Shown: positions 19,424 to 30,541 of the stretch, in pieces
Layout of the letters: the number at the start of each line of letters is the position of its first letter
Position numbering within the stretch: position 1 is the first letter of the stretch
NCBI GenBank assembly: GCA_963604545.1
Contig: CAVCRI010000001.1
Span: forward strand, 1 to 52,390
Source: Lachnospiraceae bacterium
GTDB lineage: Bacteria > Bacteroidota > Bacteroidia > Bacteroidales > Bacteroidaceae
Length of the DNA stretch: 52,390 nt
Reading direction: 5' to 3'
The notes under the pieces: model-generated
The model's database searches: none
What the model was told of the DNA's origin: nothing
The model's input: only the letters and a program-made list of their open reading frames with translations
Made by a program: the position numbers and the translations under genes

Positions 19424-21925
19424 ATGAGTGACGATAGCAAAAAACTTAAATTTGAAGAAGTGTGTGATGCTGATGATACAGTGTTGCATTCCTTCCAGCA
19501 AATAGTCCGCCTAATGGGGGAGAATCCAGAGGTTAAGGCTAAGTATTCGCCAGAACTAGATGAGGCGGCTTCCCATGTGGAGGAACTCAAGGTAATGCAG
19601 GATGCAGAGGGTTCCGAAAGGTTGGTGCTTGATGCTGAGGTGATTGCAAAGATTTATGATAAGCTGGATCTCAAGCTCTGTGCATTGCTTGGCAAGTGCT
19701 TTTTTGATACAGTCAAGCCGAACTCTGCAAACCTACAGCAGTACTTGGAGATAGCTAGTGAGGTGCCTGTCAGTGGACAACCAGACAAGCTGTTGGATGC
19801 CTTTGCGCAGTTCGTGTCGGATGAAGCGATGGTAAGTTTGCAACCTGGTACGGAAAAGCAGAAGATGCAGGCGCTTGCCAAGTTGAGAAAGAAGCAAGAC
19901 AAGTTGCGCAAGTGCGCATTCTATGCACTCTTGTGCAATTATGGCTGGAGCGAAGCAGAGCGTGATGCTTACGAGCGTCTCTTGTTGTCGCCACTTGTCG
20001 ATGAGCTTACGACCCTTCAGTTGGTGGGGGCGATAGTGGTGTCTGGCACGACATTCTTTGATTATGGCAAGTTTCATTGTCTCTTCGAGCTTTATCAGAA
20101 AGCAGAGTCTGAGACCTTGAGACAGTATGCCTTGGTGGGATTCTTGCTGATTAGCTCAGGGACGATTAGCATCACGGCTCTTAGATTGATAAGACAGGCG
20201 TTCTCTGATAAGCTTGACCAGGAGGAGCGAGAGGGCTCCCATCAGTTCTTGAAAGATGTTTTGGGAGTGCAGAAGCTGCTTACCCTCAGCGTGGCCAGTG
20301 AACCACTCAGCAAGAAATTGGCTCGCGATATGCACCATGCCATGGGAAAGTCTATGTTTAGAGGTATCCAGCAAAAGATAGAAGATTTAGAGAATGGCCT
20401 CACGCCTGATGACGAGTATGATGAGTATGATGATGCTGACGATGCTGATGATGCAAACGATGAAAGTGGTGACATTGATGAGCTTTTTGAATTGCCTGAT
20501 AGTTTGCTTGATGAGGAGACCAACAATCTCTTGGACGACATGAGTGAACAGGGCGTCGATTGTTCCATCGCACACTTCCCCAACCTCGCCAGTGCCAAGT
20601 TCTTTGATGAGATGGTCAATTGGCTCTTGCCTTTCGACCCTAACCATCCTATGGTGCTCAATGTGGAGAAACTCTTAGGTTTCAAACTTTCGCCAGCCTT
20701 CTTCCGCAGGGCTTTGACGATGAGCAATCTGGATGCATATGGCATACTCTCTTTGGCAGAGGAACACCCAGAAGACAGCATGGAGTTTTTTCAATCTTTC
20801 CGTATGAGCGACGATGAGGATGTCGATGATGCATCTGGGGATGAGACGATAAATAAGATGGACGACGCGAAGAGAGTCATGTTGATACGTCGCTCCTTCA
20901 TCCGCAGTCTTTATCGCTTCTATCGCTATTCAAGGTTTGCTGATGACTTCTTAGACCCGTTCAATCAGAAGAATGTTCCCAATAAAGATGGTTATCAGCT
21001 TTATTCCTTCCTGTCATTCCCAGTCTTTAAGGATCCACGGCTCAAGAATTTGCGCCTCTATGCTGCTCGTTATGCCTGCAAGTTGGAGAACTATAAGCAA
21101 GTGCCGTGGTTGCTGAAGAATTTTGGACAGGAAACGGTAGAGGTTCATTTTATGCTTGCAATGGCTTATCAAGTCCAGAATGAGTTTGATGTTGCTTTGC
21201 TTCATGCACGACGTGCATTGGACATGAAGCCTGACTCTATGATTTTGCGTAAGCTCTTCTGCTACTGCAATAAGTGTGATGGGCACGGCGAGACCTTCGT
21301 GGAGCAGGGGCTGCAACTTGCCAAGGAAATCAAGGATCCCGTGGTGCTCTATAACCTGCAGGTTGACATCATCAAGGTTCTCTTGGAGATGGATGAGGTG
21401 GAACGAGCTGTCAATCTATGTTATGAGGTGGAGTATAAGAACCCAGACAGGCAGTACATCAAGGCTTTGCTATGCCTGTGCTTGTTGAGACGACAGGGCG
21501 AACACTACGAGGAATCTGTGGCTAAGGCTAAGAAGCTGATGGATGAAGACGACGGCATCTTTGGCGGTCTCGATGATAAGGGGACAAAGAAGATTGATTC
21601 CATGGCTACCTTTTTTGAGATCATTGGCACCATGATGGAATCCGACCCAGAGGCGATGGCTTTGTTCTCCTATTGCCATGGCTTGGTGGCACTCATGGAG
21701 AGTAAGAGTGCCCTCGCCATCGAGTTCTTCTGCAATGCTTATGGGGCATGGTACAACCAGAAACAGCAGCATTACTTGGGATTCCTCTTAATCAATCATG
21801 ACTCCAAGTGGCTCATCGAGAAGTACCATTACTCGCTTCAGGGACTCATGTTTATGCGCACTACGGTGGCCATCAATCATGATAAAATGGTAGAGAAAAT
21901 AGAGAAATATGCCAGCAACGAATAA
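19424..21925 (+). CDS. Large helical/TPR-repeat protein with acidic insertions
   Basis: 833-aa ORF with TPR-like segments in the C-terminal third; overlaps the dnaB start. Confidence 0.65.
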   Translation: MSDDSKKLKFEEVCDADDTVLHSFQQIVRLMGENPEVKAKYSPELDEAASHVEELKVMQDAEGSERLVLDAEVIAKIYDKLDLKLCALLGKCFFDTVKPNSANLQQYLEIASEVPVSGQPDKLLDAFAQFVSDEAMVSLQPGTEKQKMQALAKLRKKQDKLRKCAFYALLCNYGWSEAERDAYERLLLSPLVDELTTLQLVGAIVVSGTTFFDYGKFHCLFELYQKAESETLRQYALVGFLLISSGTISITALRLIRQAFSDKLDQEEREGSHQFLKDVLGVQKLLTLSVASEPLSKKLARDMHHAMGKSMFRGIQQKIEDLENGLTPDDEYDEYDDADDADDANDESGDIDELFELPDSLLDEETNNLLDDMSEQGVDCSIAHFPNLASAKFFDEMVNWLLPFDPNHPMVLNVEKLLGFKLSPAFFRRALTMSNLDAYGILSLAEEHPEDSMEFFQSFRMSDDEDVDDASGDETINKMDDAKRVMLIRRSFIRSLYRFYRYSRFADDFLDPFNQKNVPNKDGYQLYSFLSFPVFKDPRLKNLRLYAARYACKLENYKQVPWLLKNFGQETVEVHFMLAMAYQVQNEFDVALLHARRALDMKPDSMILRKLFCYCNKCDGHGETFVEQGLQLAKEIKDPVVLYNLQVDIIKVLLEMDEVERAVNLCYEVEYKNPDRQYIKALLCLCLLRRQGEHYEESVAKAKKLMDEDDGIFGGLDDKGTKKIDSMATFFEIIGTMMESDPEAMALFSYCHGLVALMESKSALAIEFFCNAYGAWYNQKQQHYLGFLLINHDSKWLIEKYHYSLQGLMFMRTTVAINHDKMVEKIEKYASNE

Positions 21926-23447
21926 TAACAATAGGAACAATAAGCCCCAGATAGACCAGAATTACGCTCATCTCCAACCTCAGGCGGTGGAGCTGGAGCG
22001 TGTGGTGCTGGGCTCATTGATGATCGACTCGGATGCCTTCTCCATGGTGTCAGAGGTCTTGAAGCCTGAGACCTTCTATGACCCTCGTCACCAGAAGATA
22101 TACCAGGCTATCCAGACCATGAACATGGAGGAGCGACCTGTCGACATCATGACGCTCACCGACGAGCTCTCCAAGATGGGAGAGATAGAGAAGGTGGGAG
22201 GTGCTCAGTACCTGATGGAGATTTCCTCGGCGGTGGCCTCGGCTGCCCACGTGGAGTATCATGCCCGCATCCTGGCACAGAAGTATCTGCAGCGTCAGCT
22301 CATCCACTATGCTGGTGAGATCGAGACTGAGGCTTTTGACGAGAGCGTGGATGTAGACGAGCTGATGCAAAAGGCGGAGGGTGACCTCTTCCAGCTCTCG
22401 CAGAACAACATGAAGCAAGACTATACCCAGATAGACCCTGTCATCCATGAGGCTGTGGATATCTTGCAGAGGGCTGCCGCCAACAAGGGCGGACTCACGG
22501 GTATCCCTACGGGCTACCAGGGACTGGACGACATGACCTCTGGTTGGCAAGCGTCCGACCTCGTCATCATCGCCGGTCGACCTGCCATGGGTAAGACTTC
22601 CTTCGCGCTGAGCATCGCCAAGAATGTGGCGGTGGATTACCATATCCCCATCGGCTTCTTCTCTCTTGAGATGAACAACGTTCAGCTGGTAAACCGTCTC
22701 ATCAGCAATGTGTGTGAGATTTCGGGTAAGAAGATCCTGAACGGACAGTTAGACCCTAGCGAGTGGGAACAGCTTGACAGCAGGTTGCGCAACCTCACCG
22801 GAGCTCCCATCTTTGTGGATGACACGCCGGGTCTCTCGGTGTTCGAGCTTCGTACCAAGGCTCGCCGACTGGTGCGAGAGAAGGGCGTCAGGTTGATCAT
22901 GATCGACTACCTGCAGCTGATGAACGCCAACGGCATGAAGTTTGGCAGCCGTCAGGAGGAGGTGTCTACCATCTCTCGTTCGCTCAAGGGTCTTGCCAAG
23001 GAGCTCAACATCCCTGTGCTCGCCCTCTCCCAGTTGTCTCGTAACGTTGAGAACCGTGAGGGTCTGGAGGGCAAGCGACCACAGCTGAGCGACCTTCGAG
23101 AGTCGGGTGCCATCGAGCAGGATGCCGATATGGTGCTCTTTGTGCATCGCCCGGAGTATTATCACATCTACCAGGACGAGAAGGGAAACGACCTCCACGG
23201 CATGGCGCAGATTATCATCGCCAAGCACCGTAAGGGTGCCACGGGCGATGTGCTCCTCAACTTCCGTGGCGAGTTCACCCGATTCCAGGACCCTACCAAT
23301 TCTTATGCTCCGATGGAGCAGGGGGGCGAGATCATCGGCTCCAAGATGAATGGGGGCGAGAACGGCAACGTTCCACCGCCTCCTCTCGGTGGTGTGGACG
23401 GCCAGATGCCTCAGCCCCCTAACCCTAACGAGCAGCCGCCTTTCTAG
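21909..23447 (+). CDS. dnaB: Replicative DNA helicase
   Basis: AGRPAMGKT, FSLEM, IDYLQLM, LSQLSR and SDLRESGAIEQDAD motifs; no intein apparent. Confidence 0.98.
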   Translation: MPATNNNNRNNKPQIDQNYAHLQPQAVELERVVLGSLMIDSDAFSMVSEVLKPETFYDPRHQKIYQAIQTMNMEERPVDIMTLTDELSKMGEIEKVGGAQYLMEISSAVASAAHVEYHARILAQKYLQRQLIHYAGEIETEAFDESVDVDELMQKAEGDLFQLSQNNMKQDYTQIDPVIHEAVDILQRAAANKGGLTGIPTGYQGLDDMTSGWQASDLVIIAGRPAMGKTSFALSIAKNVAVDYHIPIGFFSLEMNNVQLVNRLISNVCEISGKKILNGQLDPSEWEQLDSRLRNLTGAPIFVDDTPGLSVFELRTKARRLVREKGVRLIMIDYLQLMNANGMKFGSRQEEVSTISRSLKGLAKELNIPVLALSQLSRNVENREGLEGKRPQLSDLRESGAIEQDADMVLFVHRPEYYHIYQDEKGNDLHGMAQIIIAKHRKGATGDVLLNFRGEFTRFQDPTNSYAPMEQGGEIIGSKMNGGENGNVPPPPLGGVDGQMPQPPNPNEQPPF

Positions 23448-23570
23448 CCTGTGAAGGCCGGATGCGGCTCAAATTGCGCCTTGATATTGCACATTTCTTA
23501 CGGATTTGGGTAATGAAAGATGAAAGAAATAAGAAATTGTTAGTATATCTATTAAAAAAGTTATAAATTG

Positions 23571-23602
23571 TTTGCGTATATCAAAGAAATATATTACCTT
23601 TG
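23571..23602 (+). promoter_or_regulatory. Bacteroidota primary-sigma promoter of the leu operon
   Basis: TTTG (23571-74), 20-nt spacer, TACCTTTG (23595-602). Confidence 0.8.
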
Positions 23603-23641
23603 CAAGCGAATTAATAAACATAACAATTAATAGACAGAGAA

Positions 23642-23728
23642 ATGGGAACAATATCTTTGAACATTACAAGCATTATCATTCGACGTCGACTACAGCACGT
23701 GGGCGGAAGTGACAAGGTGTGCGTATAG
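23642..23728 (+). CDS. Leader peptide of the leu/cimA operon (28 aa)
   Basis: MGTISLNITSIIIRRRLQHVGGSDKVCV*; overlaps the antiterminator arm. Confidence 0.75.
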   Translation: MGTISLNITSIIIRRRLQHVGGSDKVCV

Positions 23729-23793
23729 TTCATGGATAGAGATATATGAAGCCTTTCTACACTTCCGCCAGAGGAGTGGGAAAGGCTTTTTCT
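23702..23793 (+). promoter_or_regulatory. Transcription attenuator (antiterminator/terminator)
   Basis: GGCGGAAGTG (23702-11) is perfectly complementary to CACTTCCGCC (23760-69), which overlaps terminator AAGCCTTTCTACACTTC...GGAGTGGGAAAGGCTTTTT. Confidence 0.85.
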
Positions 23794-23827
23794 CTTCTTA
23801 ATGGAAAATTAAAACATTAATATAGAT

Positions 23828-25330
23828 ATGAGTGACAGATTATTTATTTTCGATACGACCCTTCGCGATGGCGAACAGGTGCCTGGGTGTCAGTTGAACA
23901 CAGTAGAGAAGATTCAGGTTGCCAAACAGTTGGAGCAGTTGGGCGTGGATGTCATTGAGGCGGGATTCCCTATCTCCAGCCCAGGCGACTTCAATTCGGT
24001 GGTAGAGATTTCTAAGGCCGTCACATGGCCTACCATCTGCGCGCTGACACGTGCGGTGGAGAAGGATATCGATTGCGCTGCTGAGGCCTTGCAGTATGCC
24101 AAGCACAAGCGTATCCATACGGGTATCGGTACCAGCGATAGCCATATCAAGTATAAGTTCAACTCTACCCGTGAGGAAATCATCGAGCGTGCGGTGGCTG
24201 CTGTCAAGTATGCCAAGAAGTATGTCGAGGATGTGGAGTTTTATGCCGAGGATGCTGGTCGTACCGACAATGAGTACTTGGCTCGTGTCGTAGAGGCTGT
24301 CATCAAGGCTGGAGCCACCGTGGTTAACATTCCTGATACCACTGGCTATTGCCTCCCGGATGAGTATGGTGCCAAGATTAAGTATCTGATGGAGCACGTG
24401 GACGGCATCGAGAACGCTCGACTGTCTACCCACTGCCATAACGACCTGGGCATGGCTACCGCCAACACCTTGCAGGGCGTACTGAATGGTGCGCGCCAGG
24501 TGGAGGTTACCATCAACGGTATCGGTGAGCGTGCTGGTAACACTTCGCTTGAGGAAATCGCCATGATCCTGAAGTGCCACAAGGGCATCAACATTGATAC
24601 CAATATCAATACCACCAAGATTGTGCCTACCTCTCGCATGGTGAGCAGCTTGATGAATATGCCTGTGCAGCCTAACAAGGCTATCGTGGGACGTAATGCC
24701 TTCGCCCATTCTTCTGGCATCCACCAGGATGGCGTGCTGAAGAATGTACAGACTTACGAGATTATGGACCCTAAGGATGTGGGACTGGATGATAACGCTA
24801 TCGTCTTGACTGCTCGCTCGGGTCGTGCTGCCTTGAAGTATCGCCTCCACGTTAATGGCGTGGATGTTGAGGACGAGGTGAAGCTCGACAAGATTTACAA
24901 GAAGTTCCTCCAGTTGGCTGACAAGAAGAAGGAAGTGACAGACGAGGATGTCCTGATGCTCGCTGGTGCCGATTCAGCCGACCATCACGGCGTACAGCTC
25001 GACCACCTCCAGGTAACCACTGGCAAGGGTGTGAAGAGCGTGGCTAGCATCGGCCTTGACATCGCTGGTCAGAAGTTTGAGTCTGCCTCTTCAGGCAATG
25101 GTCCTGTGGATGCAGCCATCCGTGCCCTCAAGAAGATTATCACCAAGGAGATGAACCTCAAGGAGTTTACCATCCAGGCCATCGACAAGGGCTCCGACGA
25201 TGTGGGTAAGGTTCACATGCAGGTGGAGTACGATGGTCATGTATATTATGGCTTCGGTGCAGACACGGACATCGTCACCGCTTCCGTGGAGGCTTACATC
25301 GACTGTATCAACAAGTTCAAGATAAGATAA
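23828..25330 (+). CDS. leuA: 2-isopropylmalate synthase
   Basis: [22 protein letters not shown] and HSSGIHQDG motifs; regulatory domain GNGPVDA. Confidence 0.96.
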   Translation: MSDRLFIFDTTLRDGEQVPGCQLNTVEKIQVAKQLEQLGVDVIEAGFPISSPGDFNSVVEISKAVTWPTICALTRAVEKDIDCAAEALQYAKHKRIHTGIGTSDSHIKYKFNSTREEIIERAVAAVKYAKKYVEDVEFYAEDAGRTDNEYLARVVEAVIKAGATVVNIPDTTGYCLPDEYGAKIKYLMEHVDGIENARLSTHCHNDLGMATANTLQGVLNGARQVEVTINGIGERAGNTSLEEIAMILKCHKGINIDTNINTTKIVPTSRMVSSLMNMPVQPNKAIVGRNAFAHSSGIHQDGVLKNVQTYEIMDPKDVGLDDNAIVLTARSGRAALKYRLHVNGVDVEDEVKLDKIYKKFLQLADKKKEVTDEDVLMLAGADSADHHGVQLDHLQVTTGKGVKSVASIGLDIAGQKFESASSGNGPVDAAIRALKKIITKEMNLKEFTIQAIDKGSDDVGKVHMQVEYDGHVYYGFGADTDIVTASVEAYIDCINKFKIR

Positions 25331-25382
25331 GTAGCCCCAATAGGCAAATAGATAAAGACAAAACATATAACATTAAGATATT

Positions 25383-26777
25383 ATGAATACATTATTCGAC
25401 AAGATTTGGGACAAGCATGTTGTCCAGATTGTTCCAGACGGTCCTACCCAGCTTTACATCGACCGTCTCTACTGTCACGAAGTAACATCACCTCAGGCAT
25501 TTGCAGGAATGCGTGCGCGCGGACTCAAGATGTTCCGCCCAGACCAGATTTTCTGCATGCCAGACCACAATACTCCTACCCACGACCAGGACAAGCCTAT
25601 CGAGGATCCTGTGTCTAAGAAGCAGGTTGACACCTTGGCAAAGAACACCGCCGACTTCGGTGTCACTCACTTTGCCATGAACACCAAGGACAATGGCATC
25701 ATCCACGTGGTAGGTCCTGAGAAGGGACTCTCCCTGCCAGGCATGACCATCGTGTGCGGTGACTCTCATACCTCTACCCATGGTGCGATGGGTGCCGTAG
25801 CCTTTGGTATCGGTACCTCTGAGGTGGAGATGGTGATGGCTTCTCAGTGTATTCTGCAGAGCAAGCCAAAGTCTATGCGCATCAGCATCAATGGCAAGCT
25901 CGCCAAGGGCGTTACAGCCAAGGATGTGGCTCTCTACCTGATGAGCCAGCTCACTACCAGTGGTGCCACCGGTTACTTCGTGGAGTATAGTGGCGATGTA
26001 GTGAAGGACATGAGCATGGAGGGTCGTCTTACCCTTTGCAACCTCTCTATCGAGATGGGTGCCCGTGGCGGTTTCGTAGCTCCTGATGAGACTACGTTCG
26101 AGTACATCAAGGGTCGCGAGTACGCTCCTAAGGGCGAGGAGTGGGACAAGGCAGTGGCTTACTGGAAGACCTTGAAGAGCGGCGATGACGCTGTGTTCGA
26201 CAAGGAGCTTACCTTCGATGCCAAGGACATTGAGCCTCGCATCACCTACGGTACCAACCCAGGCATGGGTATCGGTATCACCGAGAGCATCCCAACTCTC
26301 GACCAGATTCCTGAGGAAGAGCAGGCTGGATTCAAGAAGAGCCTCAACTACATGGGCTTCCAGCCAGGCGAGAAACTGGAGGGTCATCCTATCGACTACG
26401 TGTTCCTTGGTGCTTGTACCAATGGCCGTATCGAGGACTTCCGTGTCTTTGCTTCCATCGTTAAAGGTAAGAAGAAGGCAGACGGCGTAACTGCTTGGCT
26501 TGTACCAGGTTCATGGTTGGTGGATAAACAAATACGTGAAGAGGGTATTGATAAGATTGTTGAGGCCGCCGGCTTCGAGATCCGTCAGCCAGGATGCTCT
26601 GCTTGCTTGGCAATGAACGATGACAAGATTCCAGCAGGCAAGTACTCCGTAAGTACCTCCAACCGTAACTTCGAGGGTCGCCAGGGACCAGGTTCCCGCA
26701 CCATCCTTGCCAGTCCATACGTGGCTGCTGCAGCTGCCATCACTGGTAAGATTACCGACCCACGAGAGTTTATGTAA
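25383..26777 (+). CDS. leuC: 3-isopropylmalate dehydratase large subunit
   Basis: [31 protein letters not shown] and [12 protein letters not shown] motifs. Confidence 0.98.
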   Translation: MNTLFDKIWDKHVVQIVPDGPTQLYIDRLYCHEVTSPQAFAGMRARGLKMFRPDQIFCMPDHNTPTHDQDKPIEDPVSKKQVDTLAKNTADFGVTHFAMNTKDNGIIHVVGPEKGLSLPGMTIVCGDSHTSTHGAMGAVAFGIGTSEVEMVMASQCILQSKPKSMRISINGKLAKGVTAKDVALYLMSQLTTSGATGYFVEYSGDVVKDMSMEGRLTLCNLSIEMGARGGFVAPDETTFEYIKGREYAPKGEEWDKAVAYWKTLKSGDDAVFDKELTFDAKDIEPRITYGTNPGMGIGITESIPTLDQIPEEEQAGFKKSLNYMGFQPGEKLEGHPIDYVFLGACTNGRIEDFRVFASIVKGKKKADGVTAWLVPGSWLVDKQIREEGIDKIVEAAGFEIRQPGCSACLAMNDDKIPAGKYSVSTSNRNFEGRQGPGSRTILASPYVAAAAAITGKITDPREFM

Positions 26778-26810
26778 TGTTAAGTGTTCAATGTTAAATG
26801 CTAAATTGAG

Positions 26811-27401
26811 ATGAAACAGAAATTCAATGTAATCACATCAAGCTGCATCCCTCTTCCTTTGGAGAATGTAGATACCGACCAGATAATTCCAGCCCGCTTC
26901 CTCAAGGCCATCGACAAGGAAGGCATGGGCGACAACCTCTTCCGTGACTGGCGCTACAACGCCGATGGCACGCCAAAGCCAGACTTCGTGATGAACGACC
27001 CTTCTTACAGTGGCGTCATCCTCGTGGCTGGCAAGAACTTCGGTTCCGGCTCTTCTCGTGAGCACGCTGCCTGGGCTATCGCCGGTGCTGGCTTCCGTGT
27101 GGTCATCAGCTCTTTCTTTGCTGATATCCACAAGAACAACGAGCTCAACAACCTCGTATTGCCAGTGGTAGTGAGCGAGCCTTTCCTGAAGGAACTCTTC
27201 GAGAGCATCGACAAGGACCACAAGACAGAGGTGAAGGTGGACCTGCCTAACCAGACCGTTACCAACCTGGCGACCGGCAAGAGCGAGCACTTCGAAATCA
27301 ATGGCTACAAGAAGCATTGCTTGGAGAATGGTCTTGACGACGTAGATTTCCTCGTTCAGAACCGCGACAAGGTTGAGGCTTGGGAAGCAAAGAATAAGTA
27401 A
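26811..27401 (+). CDS. leuD: 3-isopropylmalate dehydratase small subunit
   Basis: NVDTDQIIP and NFGSGSSREHA motifs. Confidence 0.98.
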   Translation: MKQKFNVITSSCIPLPLENVDTDQIIPARFLKAIDKEGMGDNLFRDWRYNADGTPKPDFVMNDPSYSGVILVAGKNFGSGSSREHAAWAIAGAGFRVVISSFFADIHKNNELNNLVLPVVVSEPFLKELFESIDKDHKTEVKVDLPNQTVTNLATGKSEHFEINGYKKHCLENGLDDVDFLVQNRDKVEAWEAKNK

Positions 27402-27423
27402 GGAAAAGAGCAGCTGGCGTTTA

Positions 27424-27593
27424 GCCACTATATCGATAGGCGCCAATGCCTATATCGGAATGGGGTAACGCTTATATCGGCATGTGTACATGCTTATATC
27501 GGCATAGGCCAATGCCTATATCGACATGTGTAATCGCTTATATCGGCATTCGCAATCGCCTATAGGAGAATCGGGCGATGCCGATATAGGCAT
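27424..27593. repeat. 22-bp-period repeat array with terminal inverted copy
   Basis: TATATCG cores at 27429, 27451, 27473, 27495, 27517 and 27539, a partial at 27561, and an inverted ATGCCGATATAGGCAT at 27578-27593. Confidence 0.9.
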
Positions 27594-27661
27594 ACACTTC
27601 TTTCGATATCGGCGCAGGTACCATTGCACACAGCTGCTCGGAATGTAAGATAATAAAGGAA

Positions 27662-29263
27662 ATGAAAGTTAACGGAAAGAGAGAAAACACTCGTATCAGG
27701 GAGATCGAAATCATGGACTCCACGCTGCGTGACGGCGAGCAGACCAATGGCGTTTCGTTCTTGCCCCACGAGAAATTGATGATAGCAAGGATGCTGTTGC
27801 ACGACATCAATGTGGATCGCATTGAGGTGGCTTCGGCACGAGTTTCGGAAGGTGAAAAGGATGCTGTCGCTCGAATTTGCCGTTATGCTAAGACGATAGG
27901 TAAGCTAGATGCCGTCGAGGTATTGGGATTTGTGGATAACAACAAGAGCGTTGACTGGATTGCCGAATGCGGCGGCCATGTCATCAATCTCCTAGCCAAG
28001 GGTAGCTACAAGCACTGCACACAGCAGCTCAAGATGTCGCCTGAGGAGCATTTGGCTCACATCAAGCAGACCATTGATTATGGCTTGGGCAAGGGGTTCA
28101 CCATCAATCTGTATCTGGAGGATTGGTCGAGTGGCATGCGCGACTCCCGTGATTATCTCTTCATGATGATGGACGAGTTGGTGAAGCTGCCAATCAAGCG
28201 ATTCCTCTTGCCTGATACACTCGGCATCCTGAACCCATTGGAGTGTGTGGAGTATATACGCCTGATGGTGCGCCGTTATCCTGAGAGCCATTTCGACTTC
28301 CATGCCCACAACGACTACGACCTTGCCGTGAGCAACTCGTTGGCTGCCGTGCTGAGTGGTGCCAAGGGACTCCACGTTACGGTCAATGGACTGGGCGAGC
28401 GTTGTGGCAATGCGCCACTCGCCAGTGTGCAGGTTATCCTGAAGGACATGTTCCATGCCAAGACCAACATCAAGGAAGACCGCCTGAACGACATCTCCCG
28501 CCTCGTGGAGGGATACAGCGGCATCGCCGTGGCCCCTAACACGCCTGTGGTGGGAGAGAACGTGTTCACCCAGGTGGCTGGCGTACATGCCGATGGCGAC
28601 AACAAGGACAAGCTATATTGCAACGACTTGATGCCTGAGCGCTTCGGCCGCCATCGTGAGTATGCACTCGGCAAGAACTCCGGCAAGGCGAACATCATCC
28701 AGAATCTCAACGAGCTGGGATTGGAGCTGACCCCTGAGCAGACCAAGGCGGTGACCAAGCGTATCACCGAACTGGGCGACCGTAAGGAGCTCGTCACCCA
28801 AGACGACCTGCCTTACATCGTGAGCGATGTGCTGAAGCATAACACGCCAGAGGATAAGGTGAAGCTGGTGAGCTACATGGTCTCTACATCCTACGGTCTG
28901 AAACCTATCGCCAGTGTGAAGGTGGAGATAAACGGCAAGGAATATGAGGACCAAAGCACGGGCGATGGCCAGTATGATGCCTTCGTGCGTGCCCTTCGCA
29001 ATATCTACAAGGTGAAGCTGGGCAAGACATTCCCGCTGCTTGACAATTATCAGGTGAGCATCCCACCAGGTGGCCGTACCGATGCCCTCGTGCAGACCGT
29101 CATCACATGGCGTGAGGGCAACCGCATCTGGCGCACACGTGGTCTCGATGCCGACCAGACCGAGGCTGCCATCAAGGCAACGCTCAAGATGATCAACATG
29201 TATGAGGCTGATGAGAGCGACGAGCAACCTACTTCGCCTCGCAACCTCGACATGGAAAGTTAG
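27662..29263 (+). CDS. cimA: (R)-citramalate synthase (second LeuA-family enzyme)
   Basis: DSTLRDGEQ, YLEDWS, HAHND, GERCGN and GDGQYDAF motifs; lies between leuD and leuB as is usual in Bacteroidales. Confidence 0.85.
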   Translation: MKVNGKRENTRIREIEIMDSTLRDGEQTNGVSFLPHEKLMIARMLLHDINVDRIEVASARVSEGEKDAVARICRYAKTIGKLDAVEVLGFVDNNKSVDWIAECGGHVINLLAKGSYKHCTQQLKMSPEEHLAHIKQTIDYGLGKGFTINLYLEDWSSGMRDSRDYLFMMMDELVKLPIKRFLLPDTLGILNPLECVEYIRLMVRRYPESHFDFHAHNDYDLAVSNSLAAVLSGAKGLHVTVNGLGERCGNAPLASVQVILKDMFHAKTNIKEDRLNDISRLVEGYSGIAVAPNTPVVGENVFTQVAGVHADGDNKDKLYCNDLMPERFGRHREYALGKNSGKANIIQNLNELGLELTPEQTKAVTKRITELGDRKELVTQDDLPYIVSDVLKHNTPEDKVKLVSYMVSTSYGLKPIASVKVEINGKEYEDQSTGDGQYDAFVRALRNIYKVKLGKTFPLLDNYQVSIPPGGRTDALVQTVITWREGNRIWRTRGLDADQTEAAIKATLKMINMYEADESDEQPTSPRNLDMES

Positions 29264-29318
29264 GAGCTTTTTAAGTTAGGAGTTAGAAGTTAGAAGTTAG
29301 AAGTTAGAAGTTAGGAGT
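29258..29318. repeat. Heptamer tandem repeat AGTTAG(G/A)
   Basis: About 6 tandem copies at 29274-29318 plus one overlapping the cimA stop codon. Confidence 0.9.
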
Positions 29319-29374
29319 CTTCTTCTGCTGCTGACGGTTTTTGATAGGATATAAACATTAAAATAATAATAAAG

Positions 29375-30436
29375 ATGAAATTAAACATTGCAGTTCTCGC
29401 CGGTGATGGTATCGGACCAGAGATCATGAAGCAGGGTGTGGCTGTCATGGACGCTATCGCCCAGAAGTTCAACCACGAGTTTACTTACAACGAGGCTATC
29501 TGTGGTGCCCATGCCATCGACGAGGTAGGCGACCCATTCCCAGAGGAGACTTTCCAGACCTGTATGAAGGCTGACGCTGTGCTCTTTGCTGCGGTAGGTG
29601 ACCCACGTTTCGACAACAACCCTACAGCCAAGGTTCGTCCTGAGCAGGGCTTGCTCGCCATGCGTAAGAAGTTGGGCTTGTTCGCCAACGTTCGCCCTGT
29701 GGCTACCTTCGATTGCTTGCTCCACAAGAGCCCATTGAAGGACGAGCTCCTCAAGGGTGCAGACTTCGTGGTAATCCGTGAGTTGACCGGTGGTATGTAC
29801 TTCGGTGAGAAGTACCAGGACAATGACAAGGCATACGATACTGATATCTACACTCGTCCTGAGATAGAGCGCATCCTGAAGGTTGCCTTCGAGTACGCCA
29901 TGAAGCGCAACAAGCACTTGACCGTGGTAGACAAGGCAAACGTGTTGGCTTCTTCTCGCCTCTGGCGTCAGATTGCCAAGGAGATGGAGCCACAGTATCC
30001 TGAGGTGAACGTAGACTACATGTTCATCGACAACGCTTCCATGCGTGTGTTGACCGAGCCTACCTTCTTCGATGTCATTGTGACAGAGAACACCTTCGGC
30101 GACATCCTGACTGATGAGACCTCTTGCATCACAGGTTCCATGGGCTTGCAGCCATCCAGCTCTCTTGGTGAGCACACACCATTGTTTGAGCCTGTACATG
30201 GTTCTTGGCCTCAGGCAGCTGGCAAGAACTTGGCTAACCCTGTGGCACAGATTCTCTCAGCAGCCATGCTCCTTGAGCACTTCGGCTTGAACGAGGAGGG
30301 TGCTTTGATTCGCAAGGCTGTTGACGCTTCTCTCGATGCCAATGTTCGCACACCTGAGATTCAGGTGGAGGGCGGTGCCCAGTATGGCACTACTGAGGTT
30401 GGCGAGTGGATTGTCAACTACATCAAGAACGCATAA
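29375..30436 (+). CDS. leuB: 3-isopropylmalate dehydrogenase
   Basis: [33 protein letters not shown] and EPVHGS motifs. Confidence 0.98.
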   Translation: MKLNIAVLAGDGIGPEIMKQGVAVMDAIAQKFNHEFTYNEAICGAHAIDEVGDPFPEETFQTCMKADAVLFAAVGDPRFDNNPTAKVRPEQGLLAMRKKLGLFANVRPVATFDCLLHKSPLKDELLKGADFVVIRELTGGMYFGEKYQDNDKAYDTDIYTRPEIERILKVAFEYAMKRNKHLTVVDKANVLASSRLWRQIAKEMEPQYPEVNVDYMFIDNASMRVLTEPTFFDVIVTENTFGDILTDETSCITGSMGLQPSSSLGEHTPLFEPVHGSWPQAAGKNLANPVAQILSAAMLLEHFGLNEEGALIRKAVDASLDANVRTPEIQVEGGAQYGTTEVGEWIVNYIKNA

Positions 30437-30468
30437 GCGACCTCTGAAATATTTTTAAAATATCTTAT

Positions 30469-30512
30469 AAAAGGCAACTTTTCTATTTATTTAATAGGAG
30501 GGTTGCCTTTTT
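30469..30512 (+). terminator. Terminator of the leu operon
   Basis: AAAAGGCAACTTTTCTAT...ATAGGAGGGTTGCCTTTTT. Confidence 0.8.
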
Positions 30513-30541
30513 GTTGTTATAAAATGCGTACCTTTGTAGCC

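Noticed and set aside
21909..23447. Intein in DnaB
   Set aside because: Length and motif spacing are normal; the extra residues are a Pro-rich C-terminal tail.
27424..27593. CRISPR array (also considered for 48994-49122, 248-326 and 11653-11737)
   Set aside because: The total period is only 18-22 bp, the variable parts are ~10 nt and mutually related, and there are no cas genes in the window.
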